A stretch of DNA of 64,000 bases from an uncultured Thermoleophilia bacterium. Lineage in GTDB: Bacteria; Actinomycetota; Thermoleophilia; UBA2241. The notes below the pieces were generated by a model that saw only the letters and a program-made list of their open reading frames with translations, ran no database searches and was not told where the DNA came from. Location: NCBI GenBank assembly GCA_963702475.1, contig CAVPCT010000009.1:1-64000 (forward strand), written 5' to 3'. Position numbers and translations under genes: made by a program. Position 1 is the first letter of the stretch. Each line of letters starts with the position of its first letter. This document shows positions 11,212 through 20,875 of the stretch, piece by piece.

Positions 11212-11766
11212 ATGAACGAACACGGACGAGCGGAGGGTGAGACGACACTACCAGCCTCTGGGCTGGTGCGGTTCGCCGACTCATTCGAGGCCCTCCTGGG
11301 GAAGGTCTACAGGCCCATCGGCTGGGTCGGCGCCGCTACCCTGGCCGCCCTGGTCGCGGCGATGTTCTACTCCGTCATCGCGCGGCGATTCTTCAACTCA
11401 CCGCTGGAGGGCTCCGGCGACATCATCGAGATGTCCCTGCTGATCATGACCGCCACGGTCCTGGGGGCAGAGCACCTGGGGCACGAGAAGATCACCGTCG
11501 ACCTTCTCACGAAGCGCCTTCCGAAGAAGGCGCAGGCCGTCATCGCCCCGATCGTCTATAGCCTGGCCGTCGCCATCTTGTGCGTGGCGGTCTGGCAGCT
11601 GCTCGTCTGGGCCAACAAGCTCTTCGAGCGCGGCGAGACCACGCCCGGAGTGATGGCACTCCCCAAGTACCCGTTCGCCTACCTGATCGCGTTCGGGATC
11701 TTCACCCTGATCCCCATCTATGTGGTCCGACTGCTGCGGTCTCTCGGCGAACTGAGCAGGCCATGA
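11212..11766 (+). CDS. dctQ: TRAP transporter small permease DctQ
   Basis: Four TM segments; VIARRFFNSPLEGS, HEKITVDLL motifs. Confidence 0.85.
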   Translation: MNEHGRAEGETTLPASGLVRFADSFEALLGKVYRPIGWVGAATLAALVAAMFYSVIARRFFNSPLEGSGDIIEMSLLIMTATVLGAEHLGHEKITVDLLTKRLPKKAQAVIAPIVYSLAVAILCVAVWQLLVWANKLFERGETTPGVMALPKYPFAYLIAFGIFTLIPIYVVRLLRSLGELSRP

Positions 11767-13082
11767 GCACCCTTCCGCTGTGGGCCTGCGGGATCATCGG
11801 GGCAGGCGTCTTCTTCGGCCTGATGTTTCTCAAGCTGCACGTCGGCCTCTCGATGATGATCGGTGGGTTCGTGGGGTTCTGGCTGACGAGGGGATTGCCG
11901 GCCGCCGAGTCGACCCTGGCGGGGACGATCTACGAAGTGTCCACGTCGCCGATCCTGGTCATCATCCCGCTGTTCGTGCTGATGGGCGTCATCGCGGGGG
12001 CGGGAGGGGTCATCGGCGCCGCCTTCGGGACCTTCGACAAGTGGCTGGGGCATCTGCGTGGAGGGCTCGCCATGGCCACCGTAGGCGCGTGCGCCGCCTT
12101 CGGAGCCGTCTGCGGCGACAACATCGCCACGGCGGTGACGATGAACAAGGCGGCCCTGCCGCAGATGAGGAAGTACGGTTACGACGACAAGCTCTCGTTC
12201 GGCTCCATCGCGGCCGGCGGCAACCTCGGTATCCTGATCCCGCCGAGCGCGGCCTTCGTGGTGTACGGGTTCATCACCGAGAACAACATCGCGAACCTGT
12301 TCGTCTCCGGCATCCTGCCCGGCATCATCCTGACCGTGATGTTCATGGCCACGATCGCCATCTGGTGCAGGAAGAATCCGGGCCTGTCCTCGAAGCACGA
12401 GCCCGTGCCCCTGAAGGCCAAGCTGGTCTCACTCAAGGGGCTGATCGGCATCATCGCCGTGTTCGCACTGGTCATGGGCGGCCTCATGGGTGGCGTCTTC
12501 ACGCCGCAGGAGGCCGGCGCCGTGGGCACCGTCGCCATGCTGGTCGTGAGCCTCTTCTACAGAAAGCTCACGTGGAAGGCGCTCGGCCACGCCCTGGTGG
12601 AATCGACGAAGACGTCCGCCATGATCCTGCTGCTCATCATGGGGGCCAGGTACTTCAGCTACTTCATCACGACGACCGAGCTGCCGCAGACGCTCTCCGA
12701 CATCATCCTCAACGCGGACCTCAATGGCTACCTCGTACTGATCCTGGTGTGCGTGCTCTGGATCTTCCTCGGTATGCTGATGGACGTGTGGTCGGTGATG
12801 ATCATCACCCTGCCGGTCTTCTATGGCATCCTGCTCACCCTCGGGTTCGATCCGCTGCAGCTGGGCGTCATCGTGGTGCTGTGCATCATGCTGGGCTGCA
12901 TCACGCCGCCCGTCGGAGTGGTGGTGTTCGCCCTGGCCGGCATGCACAAAGACGTGCCCATGTACACCATCTTCAGGGGCGTGTGGCCGTTCCTCTACGC
13001 GATGCTCATCTTCCTGCTGCTGCTCATCTTCGTGCCGTGGATCACCACCTGGCTGCCGGGTCTGATGTCCGCGAGCTTGTGA
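11763..13082 (+). CDS. dctM: TRAP transporter large permease DctM
   Basis: IPLFVLMG, GGLAMA, GNLGILIPPS, FTPQEAGA, ITPPVG motifs; ATGA overlap with dctQ. Confidence 0.9.
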   Translation: MSTLPLWACGIIGAGVFFGLMFLKLHVGLSMMIGGFVGFWLTRGLPAAESTLAGTIYEVSTSPILVIIPLFVLMGVIAGAGGVIGAAFGTFDKWLGHLRGGLAMATVGACAAFGAVCGDNIATAVTMNKAALPQMRKYGYDDKLSFGSIAAGGNLGILIPPSAAFVVYGFITENNIANLFVSGILPGIILTVMFMATIAIWCRKNPGLSSKHEPVPLKAKLVSLKGLIGIIAVFALVMGGLMGGVFTPQEAGAVGTVAMLVVSLFYRKLTWKALGHALVESTKTSAMILLLIMGARYFSYFITTTELPQTLSDIILNADLNGYLVLILVCVLWIFLGMLMDVWSVMIITLPVFYGILLTLGFDPLQLGVIVVLCIMLGCITPPVGVVVFALAGMHKDVPMYTIFRGVWPFLYAMLIFLLLLIFVPWITTWLPGLMSASL

Positions 13083-13120
13083 CCCCGGCCCCTGGATGAG
13101 CGCGACGTGAAGTGCTCGCG

Positions 13121-13152
13121 GGGCCCCTCTTCCTCCACGGGAAGAGGGGCCC
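13121..13152 (+). terminator. Hairpin after the TRAP operon
   Basis: 13-bp perfect stem GGGCCCCTCTTCC/GGAAGAGGGGCCC, 6-nt loop. Confidence 0.6.
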
Positions 13153-13386
13153 TCGTCGTTGAGGGGGCGTCCCGGACGCCGGCGGAGCGCGGTGTCCGGT
13201 GCGCCGGCACGGGGAGGGGCGCCTAAGGGCGGAAGCCGGGTGGACGACGCGACGCGTCGGAAGACCGGCCCCGGCGAGGACGAGGCGGGGGATTCCGGCC
13301 GCTCGATGGGCAGCGTCTCGCCGAGCCGGCGCGCCCGACGCGACCGGTGCCGCCTCGGGGCGCCCCGCCCGGCGCCGTACGCGGAG

Positions 13387-13422
13387 CGGCGGCGCGGAGG
13401 TACTGCCCGCTCCGCGCCGCCG
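13387..13422 (-). terminator. Hairpin after the V-ATPase operon
   Basis: 13-bp stem CGGCGGCGCGGAG/CTCCGCGCCGCCG just past the subunit K stop. Confidence 0.5.
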
Positions 13423-13433
13423 TGGACGACGTG

Positions 13434-13886
13434 TCAGCCCAGCGCCAGCAGCGCGAAGACCAGCACGAAGATGGCGACGGTCTCCACGATGCCGATCACG
13501 GCCAGGTAGTTGCTGAAGCCCTGACCGGTCTCGGCGAGCGCGTCGGCGCAGTAGGCGCCCACCTTGCCCTGCCCGTAGGCGGAGGCGCCCATGCCGATGC
13601 CGGCGGCCACGCCGACGCCCAGCAGCGCCCACGGGTCGTAGCCGGCGTCGGCCTTGCCGAGGATCGTGATCATCAGGATCATGCCGTAGATGGTCTGCGA
13701 GAGCGGCGCGCCGACGAAGGTGAACAGCGTGAACGACGCCGGCTTGCCCTGGGCGATGAGCTTCTTCCAGGCCCCGACGGCGCCGGCGCCGCCGAGGTAG
13801 GCGCCGAGTGCCGACCCGACCGCCGCGAACGCCATGGCCGCCACGGCGCCGGCGCGCCCCATCTCGGCTGCAGCTTCTGGAGTCAT
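13434..13886 (-). CDS. ntpK: V/A-type ATPase subunit K (4-TM proteolipid)
   Basis: GSALG..PLSQTIYG..QGKVGA..IVETVAIF; duplicated-hairpin c subunit. Confidence 0.9.
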   Translation of the reverse strand: MTPEAAAEMGRAGAVAAMAFAAVGSALGAYLGGAGAVGAWKKLIAQGKPASFTLFTFVGAPLSQTIYGMILMITILGKADAGYDPWALLGVGVAAGIGMGASAYGQGKVGAYCADALAETGQGFSNYLAVIGIVETVAIFVLVFALLALG

Positions 13887-13923
13887 CGGCATCCCTTCTT
13901 CCTGTCGATGGGCGGCGGCGTGG

Positions 13924-15792
13924 TCACGACGCCTCCCGACGCTTGAACGGTGAGTAGAGCCGGTAGCCCTGCCAGGCCAGGCCCTTGTGGGTGGAGAACT
14001 CGAGGGTGTTGAGACGCACGGCGTGCACGAGTACGCCGAGGCCGGCGAGCACCATGTTGAGCGCGTTGGCGAAGAGCAGCAGCAGGCTCGCCGCGACCGC
14101 CGTGACCACGCTGTCGAAGCCGATGGACGCGGCCATCTCGTTGAACGCCGCGAGCACTGCCACCGACGCGTACCCGACGGCGAACAGGCGGATGTAGGAG
14201 AGGATGTCCACGAAGCTGCTGATCATGGTCAGCGGGAGCAGGGCGTGGTCGATCCAGCTCTCCTTGAACTCCTTCGGCGTCTTCATGAACAGGGCCACGA
14301 GCACGATGCCGGTCACCAGCGAGTAGAGCAGAAAGCTCGGCGCGCCTCTGCCCAGCACGGCCTGCCGCGCCAGGAAGAACATCGACCAGACCACGACGAG
14401 CCATCCCACCTGGGCGATGAGCTTGCTCCAGGTCTTCTGTCGCACGCAGGTCACGGCGTTCCAGACGTGCGCGAACGAGAGATGCAGGGCGCCGACGAAG
14501 AAGCACAGGTCGATGAGGTTGTCCCTGCTCTGCACCCACGGCACCTCGAGGGCCTCGAGGAACGGGGGCAGCGTGGGGATCCCGAAGTAGCTGCCGTTGA
14601 TGACCCCCCAGAAGAGCGTGGCCCCGCCGACGATGTACATCATGTGGAAGACGTGCGGCGGGACCTTCCTGAGCTTCCACTGCAGGACCGCCGTGAGGAT
14701 CAGCAGCAGGGTGGCGTAGCCGGCGTCGCCGACGATCATCGCGAAGAAGAGGCTGAAGAACGGGAGGAACACCCAGCCCACGTCCCACTCCCAGTAGCCG
14801 GGATAGATGTGCAGGAAGTCGAACACGGTGCGCACCGGCCTCACGAAGCGGGACTGCCTGAGCAGGACGGGGACGTCCTCGCCCGGGACCGGGTCGTCGA
14901 ACACCACGCCCCAGCCCTGGTCGGCGGCGGCGGCGCGCACCGCCGCGCAGTCGTCGACGGGCACGTAGCCGGCGAGGTAGACGAGCCGGTCGGCGTCGCC
15001 CATGCCGGCGCGGACCTCTTCGATGCGGAGGGCGTCGCCGGTGTGCTCCGCGTGCGTGGCGAGGTGCTCGCGGCCGGCCGCCAGCCCTTCGAGCCGGCCG
15101 GAGAGCCGCTCGTCCTTCTGCACGGCCGTCGTGAGGTCGCTGCGCAGGTCGCCCAGCGGGCGCGACGGCCAGGGGACGACGTCGTAGGCGCCGCCCAGGT
15201 CGGGCGGCGCGTCGCCGCGGTCGTGCGTGACCACGCACAGGTACTGGCTGTCGCGGCCGCGGCGCACGACGCTGAGCACGGCGCCCTCGGGCGCCTCCAG
15301 ACGCTCGGCGGCGCGCGCCGTGCCCAGCCACGCTGTGACGCCGGCGGACTCGAGAGCGCGGACCGTCTCCAGGTCGAACTCGCCGAAGCCCTCGTAGCGC
15401 GCCAGTTCCCGACGGAACGACGCGGCCTGCTCCTGGATCTCGCGTCGGCGCGCCAGCACGGAGAGCGTCTCGGCGGCGAGCGCTTCGGGCGCGAGGTCCT
15501 CCGCGGAGGCGGCGGCCTGGGCGGCTGCGTCGGCCCGGAGGCCGCCGCCGGGCGCCGCGGGGCTGCCGCGCCGCCGGCGGTCGGGCTTCGTGCGCGCCGT
15601 CTCGGCGGCCGTCAGGGCGGCCAGCGCGCGCTCCTCGTCGGCGTGCCGCGCGCGCAGGGCTTCGAGCTTCTCGCCGTCCGGCGGCCGCACGTCGGTGACG
15701 TGCACGACGCCCAGGTCGCGCAGCGCGCCGACGGCCTCGTCGCGGTGCCCGGCGAGGCACAGCAGCGTGAGCCGTTTCATGCGGACGATCAC
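13924..15792 (-). CDS. ntpI: V/A-type ATPase subunit I
   Basis: GTGA overlap with D; FFAMIVGDAGY, DILSYIRLFAVG, HAVRLNTLEF motifs. Confidence 0.9.
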   Translation of the reverse strand: MIVRMKRLTLLCLAGHRDEAVGALRDLGVVHVTDVRPPDGEKLEALRARHADEERALAALTAAETARTKPDRRRRGSPAAPGGGLRADAAAQAAASAEDLAPEALAAETLSVLARRREIQEQAASFRRELARYEGFGEFDLETVRALESAGVTAWLGTARAAERLEAPEGAVLSVVRRGRDSQYLCVVTHDRGDAPPDLGGAYDVVPWPSRPLGDLRSDLTTAVQKDERLSGRLEGLAAGREHLATHAEHTGDALRIEEVRAGMGDADRLVYLAGYVPVDDCAAVRAAAADQGWGVVFDDPVPGEDVPVLLRQSRFVRPVRTVFDFLHIYPGYWEWDVGWVFLPFFSLFFAMIVGDAGYATLLLILTAVLQWKLRKVPPHVFHMMYIVGGATLFWGVINGSYFGIPTLPPFLEALEVPWVQSRDNLIDLCFFVGALHLSFAHVWNAVTCVRQKTWSKLIAQVGWLVVVWSMFFLARQAVLGRGAPSFLLYSLVTGIVLVALFMKTPKEFKESWIDHALLPLTMISSFVDILSYIRLFAVGYASVAVLAAFNEMAASIGFDSVVTAVAASLLLLFANALNMVLAGLGVLVHAVRLNTLEFSTHKGLAWQGYRLYSPFKRREAS

Positions 15793-16406
15793 GCGCCGCT
15801 CCCGGAGAGCAGCTCCGCGCCCTTGCTCTTCGCGATCTTGGCGCGCGCCACGCCTGCCGTCTGGGCGTCGCCCAGCGCGATACGGATCACGCGGATGCTC
15901 TCCTCCGAGCGCGGGATCATGACCTTCTCGAAGAGGTTCACGCGCTGCGCCGTGATGCGCAGTTCCTCGCCGAGAAGCTCCTTCTGGCGTTCCAGCGTGC
16001 GCTGCTCGAGGCGCAGCCGCGTGAGCTCGGTGAGCGCCGTCACGGCGTCCTCCACCCACACGGGCGTCTCCACAAGGTCGATGTCCGGGTGCTCGAAGCG
16101 CACGCCGGTGAGTAGCGGGACGTTGACGCCGGCGATGTTCGCCGTCTCGAGCTCGGCGGACGCCACGCGTACGAGATCGCCGAGCGCCGGCGTGGTCGTC
16201 ACCGACAGCAGCCGGGACCAGGGGCGCAGCCGGGAGACCAGCGCGTCCTCGGCCGCCGCGGTGTCGCGGAACGCGGCGTCGACCCTGCGCACCTCACGCT
16301 GGAGCTGCCGCTTCTTGAGCTCCAGGGTGGGGAGGAACCGCTCGAAGCGGCGCAGCGCCTCGCGCTGCGCCTTGAGCTCGTTCTTGGTCTTCTTGAGCTT
16401 GGCCAT
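15789..16406 (-). CDS. ntpD: V/A-type ATPase subunit D
   Basis: TKNELK..LPTLELKK..NIAGVNVP..TAQRVNLFEKVMIP. Confidence 0.9.
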   Translation of the reverse strand: MAKLKKTKNELKAQREALRRFERFLPTLELKKRQLQREVRRVDAAFRDTAAAEDALVSRLRPWSRLLSVTTTPALGDLVRVASAELETANIAGVNVPLLTGVRFEHPDIDLVETPVWVEDAVTALTELTRLRLEQRTLERQKELLGEELRITAQRVNLFEKVMIPRSEESIRVIRIALGDAQTAGVARAKIAKSKGAELLSGSGA

Positions 16407-16409
16407 GGT

Positions 16410-17720
16410 TCACACGGGCTGCTGCCCGCCGTCCGGCCAGAATCGCTCGACGAGGCTCGTCGGTATGCCCGTCTCCTGCGGCGTCAAGCAATCGGCGAGG
16501 ATGCGCCAGCAGAGGTCGAGCGCCTCCTCCAGGGGAAGGGTGACGGTGAGGTCCATGAGCCGGTGGCGGAACAGCGCGCCGAACTTGAGCAGTTTCTCGT
16601 CCCAGGCGCTCATGCGGAAGCCCATGGACTGCTTCTCCTGACTCTCCATGAACCCGGCGTAGAGCTGGATCATGGTGTTCATGATGACGCGGTGGTCGTC
16701 GCGCGTGCGGCCGTTGACCTGCTGCTTGAGCCGGCTCAGCGAGCCGAAGGGGTCGATGCTTCCGTGGTGCAGGTAGAACTGTCCCTCGGTGATGTAGCCG
16801 GTGTTGTCGGGGACGGGGTGGGTGACGTCGTCGCCCGGCATGGTGGTGACGGCGAGCACCGTGACCGAGCCCGCGCCCTCGAAGTCGACGGCGCGCTCGT
16901 AGCGGGCCGCGAGCTGGCTGTACAGGTCGCCCGGGTAGCCGCGCGTGGAGGGGATCTGCTCCATGGTGATGGCGACTTCCTTGAGCGAGTCGGCGAAGTT
17001 GGTCATGTCGGTGAGCAGCACGAGCACGCGGCGGCCCGCGAGCGCGAACTTCTCGGCCACGGCCAGACAGGTGTCGGGGACGAGGAGGCACTCGACCACG
17101 GGGTCGGCCGCGGTGTGCACGTAGAGGATGGCGCGCGAGAGCGCCCCGGCCTCCTCGAGCGTGTCGCGGAAGAACAGGTAGTCGTCGTACTTGAGCCCCA
17201 TGCCGCCGAGGATGATGATGTCGACCTCGGCGTTGAGGGCGATGCGCGCGAGCAGAGGGTTGTACGGCTCGCCGGCGACCGAGAAGATCGGCAGCTTCTG
17301 CGACTCGACGAGGCTGTTGAACACGTCGATCATGGGGATGCCGGTGCGGATCATGGTGCGCGGGATGATGCGGCGCGCCGGGTTCACCGGCGGGCCGACG
17401 ATGGGGATGAGGCCCTCGTCCAGAGCGGGTCCGCCGTCGCGCGGCACGCCGCCGCCGGTGAACACCCGCCCGAGGAGCGCCTCGGTGTAGGGGGTCTGGA
17501 GCTGCTGGCCCAGAAAGCGGACCTCGGCGTCGGTGGGCACCCCGCGCGTGCCCGAGAACACCTGCATGGTGACGTTGTCACCCTTCAGACGGATGACCTG
17601 GGCGAGGGAGGAGAAGCCCGGCGCCCGCACCACGGCCAGCTCCTGGTTGCCGACGCCGGTGGCCTGCACCGTGATGACGTTGCCGGCGATCTGCGCGACC
17701 TGCCGGTAGACCCTACGCAT
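16410..17720 (-). CDS. ntpB: V/A-type ATPase subunit B
   Basis: [43 protein letters not shown]. Confidence 0.95.
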   Translation of the reverse strand: MRRVYRQVAQIAGNVITVQATGVGNQELAVVRAPGFSSLAQVIRLKGDNVTMQVFSGTRGVPTDAEVRFLGQQLQTPYTEALLGRVFTGGGVPRDGGPALDEGLIPIVGPPVNPARRIIPRTMIRTGIPMIDVFNSLVESQKLPIFSVAGEPYNPLLARIALNAEVDIIILGGMGLKYDDYLFFRDTLEEAGALSRAILYVHTAADPVVECLLVPDTCLAVAEKFALAGRRVLVLLTDMTNFADSLKEVAITMEQIPSTRGYPGDLYSQLAARYERAVDFEGAGSVTVLAVTTMPGDDVTHPVPDNTGYITEGQFYLHHGSIDPFGSLSRLKQQVNGRTRDDHRVIMNTMIQLYAGFMESQEKQSMGFRMSAWDEKLLKFGALFRHRLMDLTVTLPLEEALDLCWRILADCLTPQETGIPTSLVERFWPDGGQQPV

Positions 17721-19443
17721 GGCGGGCCCCCTCGAGCAGGCCGGCGAGGCGCGCCTCGAGGGCGGCGGAGTCGTCGCTCTCGAGCTCGGTGCGGTTCCAG
17801 TCTCTGGTGACCTGCGTGAGCGCCTGGAAGAACGACCGCGCGGTGTCCTTGTCCGGGAAGTCGAGGTCCGCGCCGAGGATGTCGTGGAGGCGCGCGAACA
17901 CGTGGCGCTGCCGCGCGGACGACGACGCTCCGTCCACGGGGTCGAAGGCGTCCTGTTGCAGGTAGACGGCGTCCAGGAACTCCGCCTTGAGGTGGAAGAC
18001 GAAGTCCGCCATCGCCGTGCCTTCTTCCTCGACGACCTTCATCATCTCCTGCACCTCGTGGCCCTTGTGCAGCACGCGCTGCGCCAGGTGCAGCTGCTCG
18101 TCGGGGACGATGCTCGCGTACTTGCTCCAGCTGTCGAGCGGGTCGATGGCGGGGTAGCGGCGCGCGTCCGAGCGCTGCCGCGAGAGGCCGTGGAAGGCGC
18201 CGACCACCTTGAGCGTGGACTGGGTGACCGGCTCCTCGAAGTCGCCCCCGGCCGGGCTCACGGTGCCGCCGATGGTCACGGAGCCGAACGAGCCGTCGTT
18301 GAGGCGTACGTACCCGGCGCGTTCGTAGAAGGCGGCGATGACCGACTCCAGGTACGCCGGGAACGCCTCCTCGCCGGGGATCTCCTCCAGGCGCCCGGAC
18401 ATCTCGCGCAGCGCCTGCGCCCAGCGCGAGGTGGAGTCGGCGAGCAGCAGCACGTGCAGTCCCATCTGGCGGTAGTACTCCGCGATGGTCACGGCGGTGT
18501 ACACCGACGCCTCGCGGGCCGCCACAGGCATGGAACTGGTGTTGCAGATGATCACCGTGCGCTCCATGAGCGTGCGGCCGGTGCGGGGGTCGGTGAGGAC
18601 CGGGAACTCGCGCAGCGTCTCCACGACCTCGCCGGCGCGTTCGCCGCAGGCCGCCACGATCACCACGTCCACGTCGGCGTGGCGGGCGGTGAGCTGCTGC
18701 AGCACCGTCTTGCCGGCGCCGAAGGGGCCGGGGATGCAGTACGTGCCGCCCTTGGCGACGGGGAAGAACGTGTCGAGGATGCGCTGCTTGGTGACCAGCG
18801 GCTCCGAAGGACGCAGCCGCTCGTCGTAGGCGCGGATGGGGCGCTTGACCGGCCAGGTCTGCAGCATGGCCACGTCGCGTCGGCCGCCGCCGGCGTCCTC
18901 GACGACGGCGATGCGGTCGGCGACGGTGTACTCGCCGGCCGCCGCGACCTCGATCACGGTGACGACACCCTGCACGGCGAACGGCACCATGATGCGGTGT
19001 TCGAAGAGGCCCTCGGTGACGACCCCGAGCGAGTCTCCGGCGCGTAGCCTGTCGCCGGCCGCGGCGCGCGGCGAGAACTCCCAGGCCTGGTCGCGCGGCA
19101 GCGCTTCGACCTCGACGCCGCGCGGCAGGAAGAAGCCGTGGTGCGCGGCGATCAGGTTGAGGGGGTTCTGCAGGCCGTCGTAGACCTGCGTGAGCAGACC
19201 GGGGCCCAGTTCCACGGAGAGCAGGTCGCCGGCGAACTCCACCGGGTCGCCCACCTCGATGCCGGCGGTACTCTCGAAGACCTGCATGTCCGCGTAGCGC
19301 CCGCGCACTCGGATGACCTCGGCTATCAGGCGCAGGTCGCCCTGTATGACGTACGCCACCTCGTTCTGCGTGACCGAGGTGGCGAACTCCACGGTCACGA
19401 GGTTCCCGTTGACGCCCACGACCCTGCCGCCGCGCTCGCTCAC
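17713..19443 (-). CDS. ntpA: V/A-type ATPase subunit A
   Basis: Walker [41 protein letters not shown]. Confidence 0.95.
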   Translation of the reverse strand: MSERGGRVVGVNGNLVTVEFATSVTQNEVAYVIQGDLRLIAEVIRVRGRYADMQVFESTAGIEVGDPVEFAGDLLSVELGPGLLTQVYDGLQNPLNLIAAHHGFFLPRGVEVEALPRDQAWEFSPRAAAGDRLRAGDSLGVVTEGLFEHRIMVPFAVQGVVTVIEVAAAGEYTVADRIAVVEDAGGGRRDVAMLQTWPVKRPIRAYDERLRPSEPLVTKQRILDTFFPVAKGGTYCIPGPFGAGKTVLQQLTARHADVDVVIVAACGERAGEVVETLREFPVLTDPRTGRTLMERTVIICNTSSMPVAAREASVYTAVTIAEYYRQMGLHVLLLADSTSRWAQALREMSGRLEEIPGEEAFPAYLESVIAAFYERAGYVRLNDGSFGSVTIGGTVSPAGGDFEEPVTQSTLKVVGAFHGLSRQRSDARRYPAIDPLDSWSKYASIVPDEQLHLAQRVLHKGHEVQEMMKVVEEEGTAMADFVFHLKAEFLDAVYLQQDAFDPVDGASSSARQRHVFARLHDILGADLDFPDKDTARSFFQALTQVTRDWNRTELESDDSAALEARLAGLLEGARHA

Positions 19444-19973
19444 AGCTCACACCTCGCCACGTTGTCCTTCACCACGCCCCAGGCGACGGCCAGGCCGGCC
19501 TCGTCGTCCATGGCGCTCCACTTCTCGACCAGACGCAGCTTGAGCGCGTAGGCGAAGACGGCCTGCACGCCGAACCCGGGAAACGCCGCGGCCGCCTCGA
19601 GCAACGCCCAGCGATACCGGTCGAGGACCTGCTCCCGCTCCAGCGGGTCCTCGAGCGCCATGGCGCGCGCGGCCACGTCGGCGGCGCGCGCGTCCGGCAC
19701 CTCGAGGGGCCCTAGCGACCCGGCGTCGACGCCGGCGCGCTGCGCGCGCAGCCGTGCCAGGGCCGCGCGCAGCCGGGTCTCGGCGGCGACGAGCGCTCGC
19801 GCCTCCGCGGAGCGCACCTCGCTCAGCCGGCCCTCGACGAGGGCGCGGAGGTCCCGACAGTGGTCGTCGCGCAGCACGCCGGCGGCCGCGGCGAGCAGGT
19901 CCTGGGAGGTGCACGGGGGAGCGCCGCTCAGCTTGAGGGCGGGCAGGCTCGCGACGAAGTAGACGTACTCCAC
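19440..19973 (-). CDS. V/A-type ATPase subunit C-like (DUF2764) protein
   Basis: YFVASLPAL N-terminus and FAYALKLRLVEKW C-terminus; located between subunits E and A. Confidence 0.75.
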   Translation of the reverse strand: MEYVYFVASLPALKLSGAPPCTSQDLLAAAAGVLRDDHCRDLRALVEGRLSEVRSAEARALVAAETRLRAALARLRAQRAGVDAGSLGPLEVPDARAADVAARAMALEDPLEREQVLDRYRWALLEAAAAFPGFGVQAVFAYALKLRLVEKWSAMDDEAGLAVAWGVVKDNVARCEL

Positions 19974-20600
19974 CTACCTGGTCTCCTCGCCCGCCGCGCG
20001 CGAGACGCACTCGGCCAACGGGCCCTTGAGCACCGGGGCGAGCGCCTCCGCGAGGGCCGCAAGGCTGAAGTCGTGGTACACGTTGTCGTCGACGAAGGAG
20101 ACGCGGAACCCCTTGTCCAGCTTCTCGTCCGTGCGCAGTGTCAGGCCCTGGGCCACGAGGTCGCGGTACTGGTCCATGACCAGGGCCGCCAGGCCCTCGC
20201 GGTCCTCGGCCGGCAGCAGCACGTCCACGCGGCTCTCGTTCATGTCGTGGGCGGCGTAGGCGTCGGCGAGACGCACCAGCATCTGGGCGACGGTCTCCGG
20301 CGTGAGCGCCTCGGCGACCGTCCCGCAAAGCGACTCACGGAGCACCGCTTCGATGCGCCGCTGCAAGGAGAGGAGGAAGTCCCTCGCCGCCTGCTCGAGC
20401 GCTTTCTCTCCGCGCTGCCGGCTCGCCTCCGCGTCCTCGTGGGCCTTGAGACGCACGCGTGCCGCCTCGGCCTCTGCGTCTTCCACGATGTGCCGGGCAC
20501 GCTCGTCGGCGCGCCCGACGATCGCCTCGGCTTCGGCCTCGGCGCGTTCGACTCCTTCGCTGCGGATGCGGTCCAGCAGGCTCTGAAGCTGCTCTTCCAC
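19974..20600 (-). CDS. ntpE: V/A-type ATPase subunit E
   Basis: MEEQLQSLLDRIRSEGVE coiled coil; GFRVSF..YHDFSLAALAE; RBS AGAGGGG. Confidence 0.85.
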   Translation of the reverse strand: MEEQLQSLLDRIRSEGVERAEAEAEAIVGRADERARHIVEDAEAEAARVRLKAHEDAEASRQRGEKALEQAARDFLLSLQRRIEAVLRESLCGTVAEALTPETVAQMLVRLADAYAAHDMNESRVDVLLPAEDREGLAALVMDQYRDLVAQGLTLRTDEKLDKGFRVSFVDDNVYHDFSLAALAEALAPVLKGPLAECVSRAAGEETR

Positions 20601-20682
20601 AGGCACCCCTCTGGCTCTGCTCGCGGAAGCGGCTGCGGGAGACACACCGTCCGCACCGCTCCGTGTCACGGTTTCCTGGAGT

Positions 20683-20722
20683 ACGTATCAGAGTTCGTAT
20701 ACGTACTATAAGGCCAAGTCAA
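20683..20722 (-). promoter_or_regulatory. V-ATPase promoter with overlapping MarR-type operator
   Basis: Minus strand TTGACT (20722-20717), 17-nt spacer, TACGAA; contains TACGTATACGAACTCTGATACGT matching 9229-9251. Confidence 0.55.
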
Positions 20723-20875
20723 CCACTTGCCGGACAGGCGCGAGGTCACGCTCGAAAGGCGCCTCATCCCGCCCGGTAGACCCTACGTCAGGCCGGGCGG
20801 GGGCGGCAAGGACCGAACGACGATCGCTGTGGGCCGGCGGGCTGCGCGGCCGGCCGCTTTGGTAGAATCGCCGGC

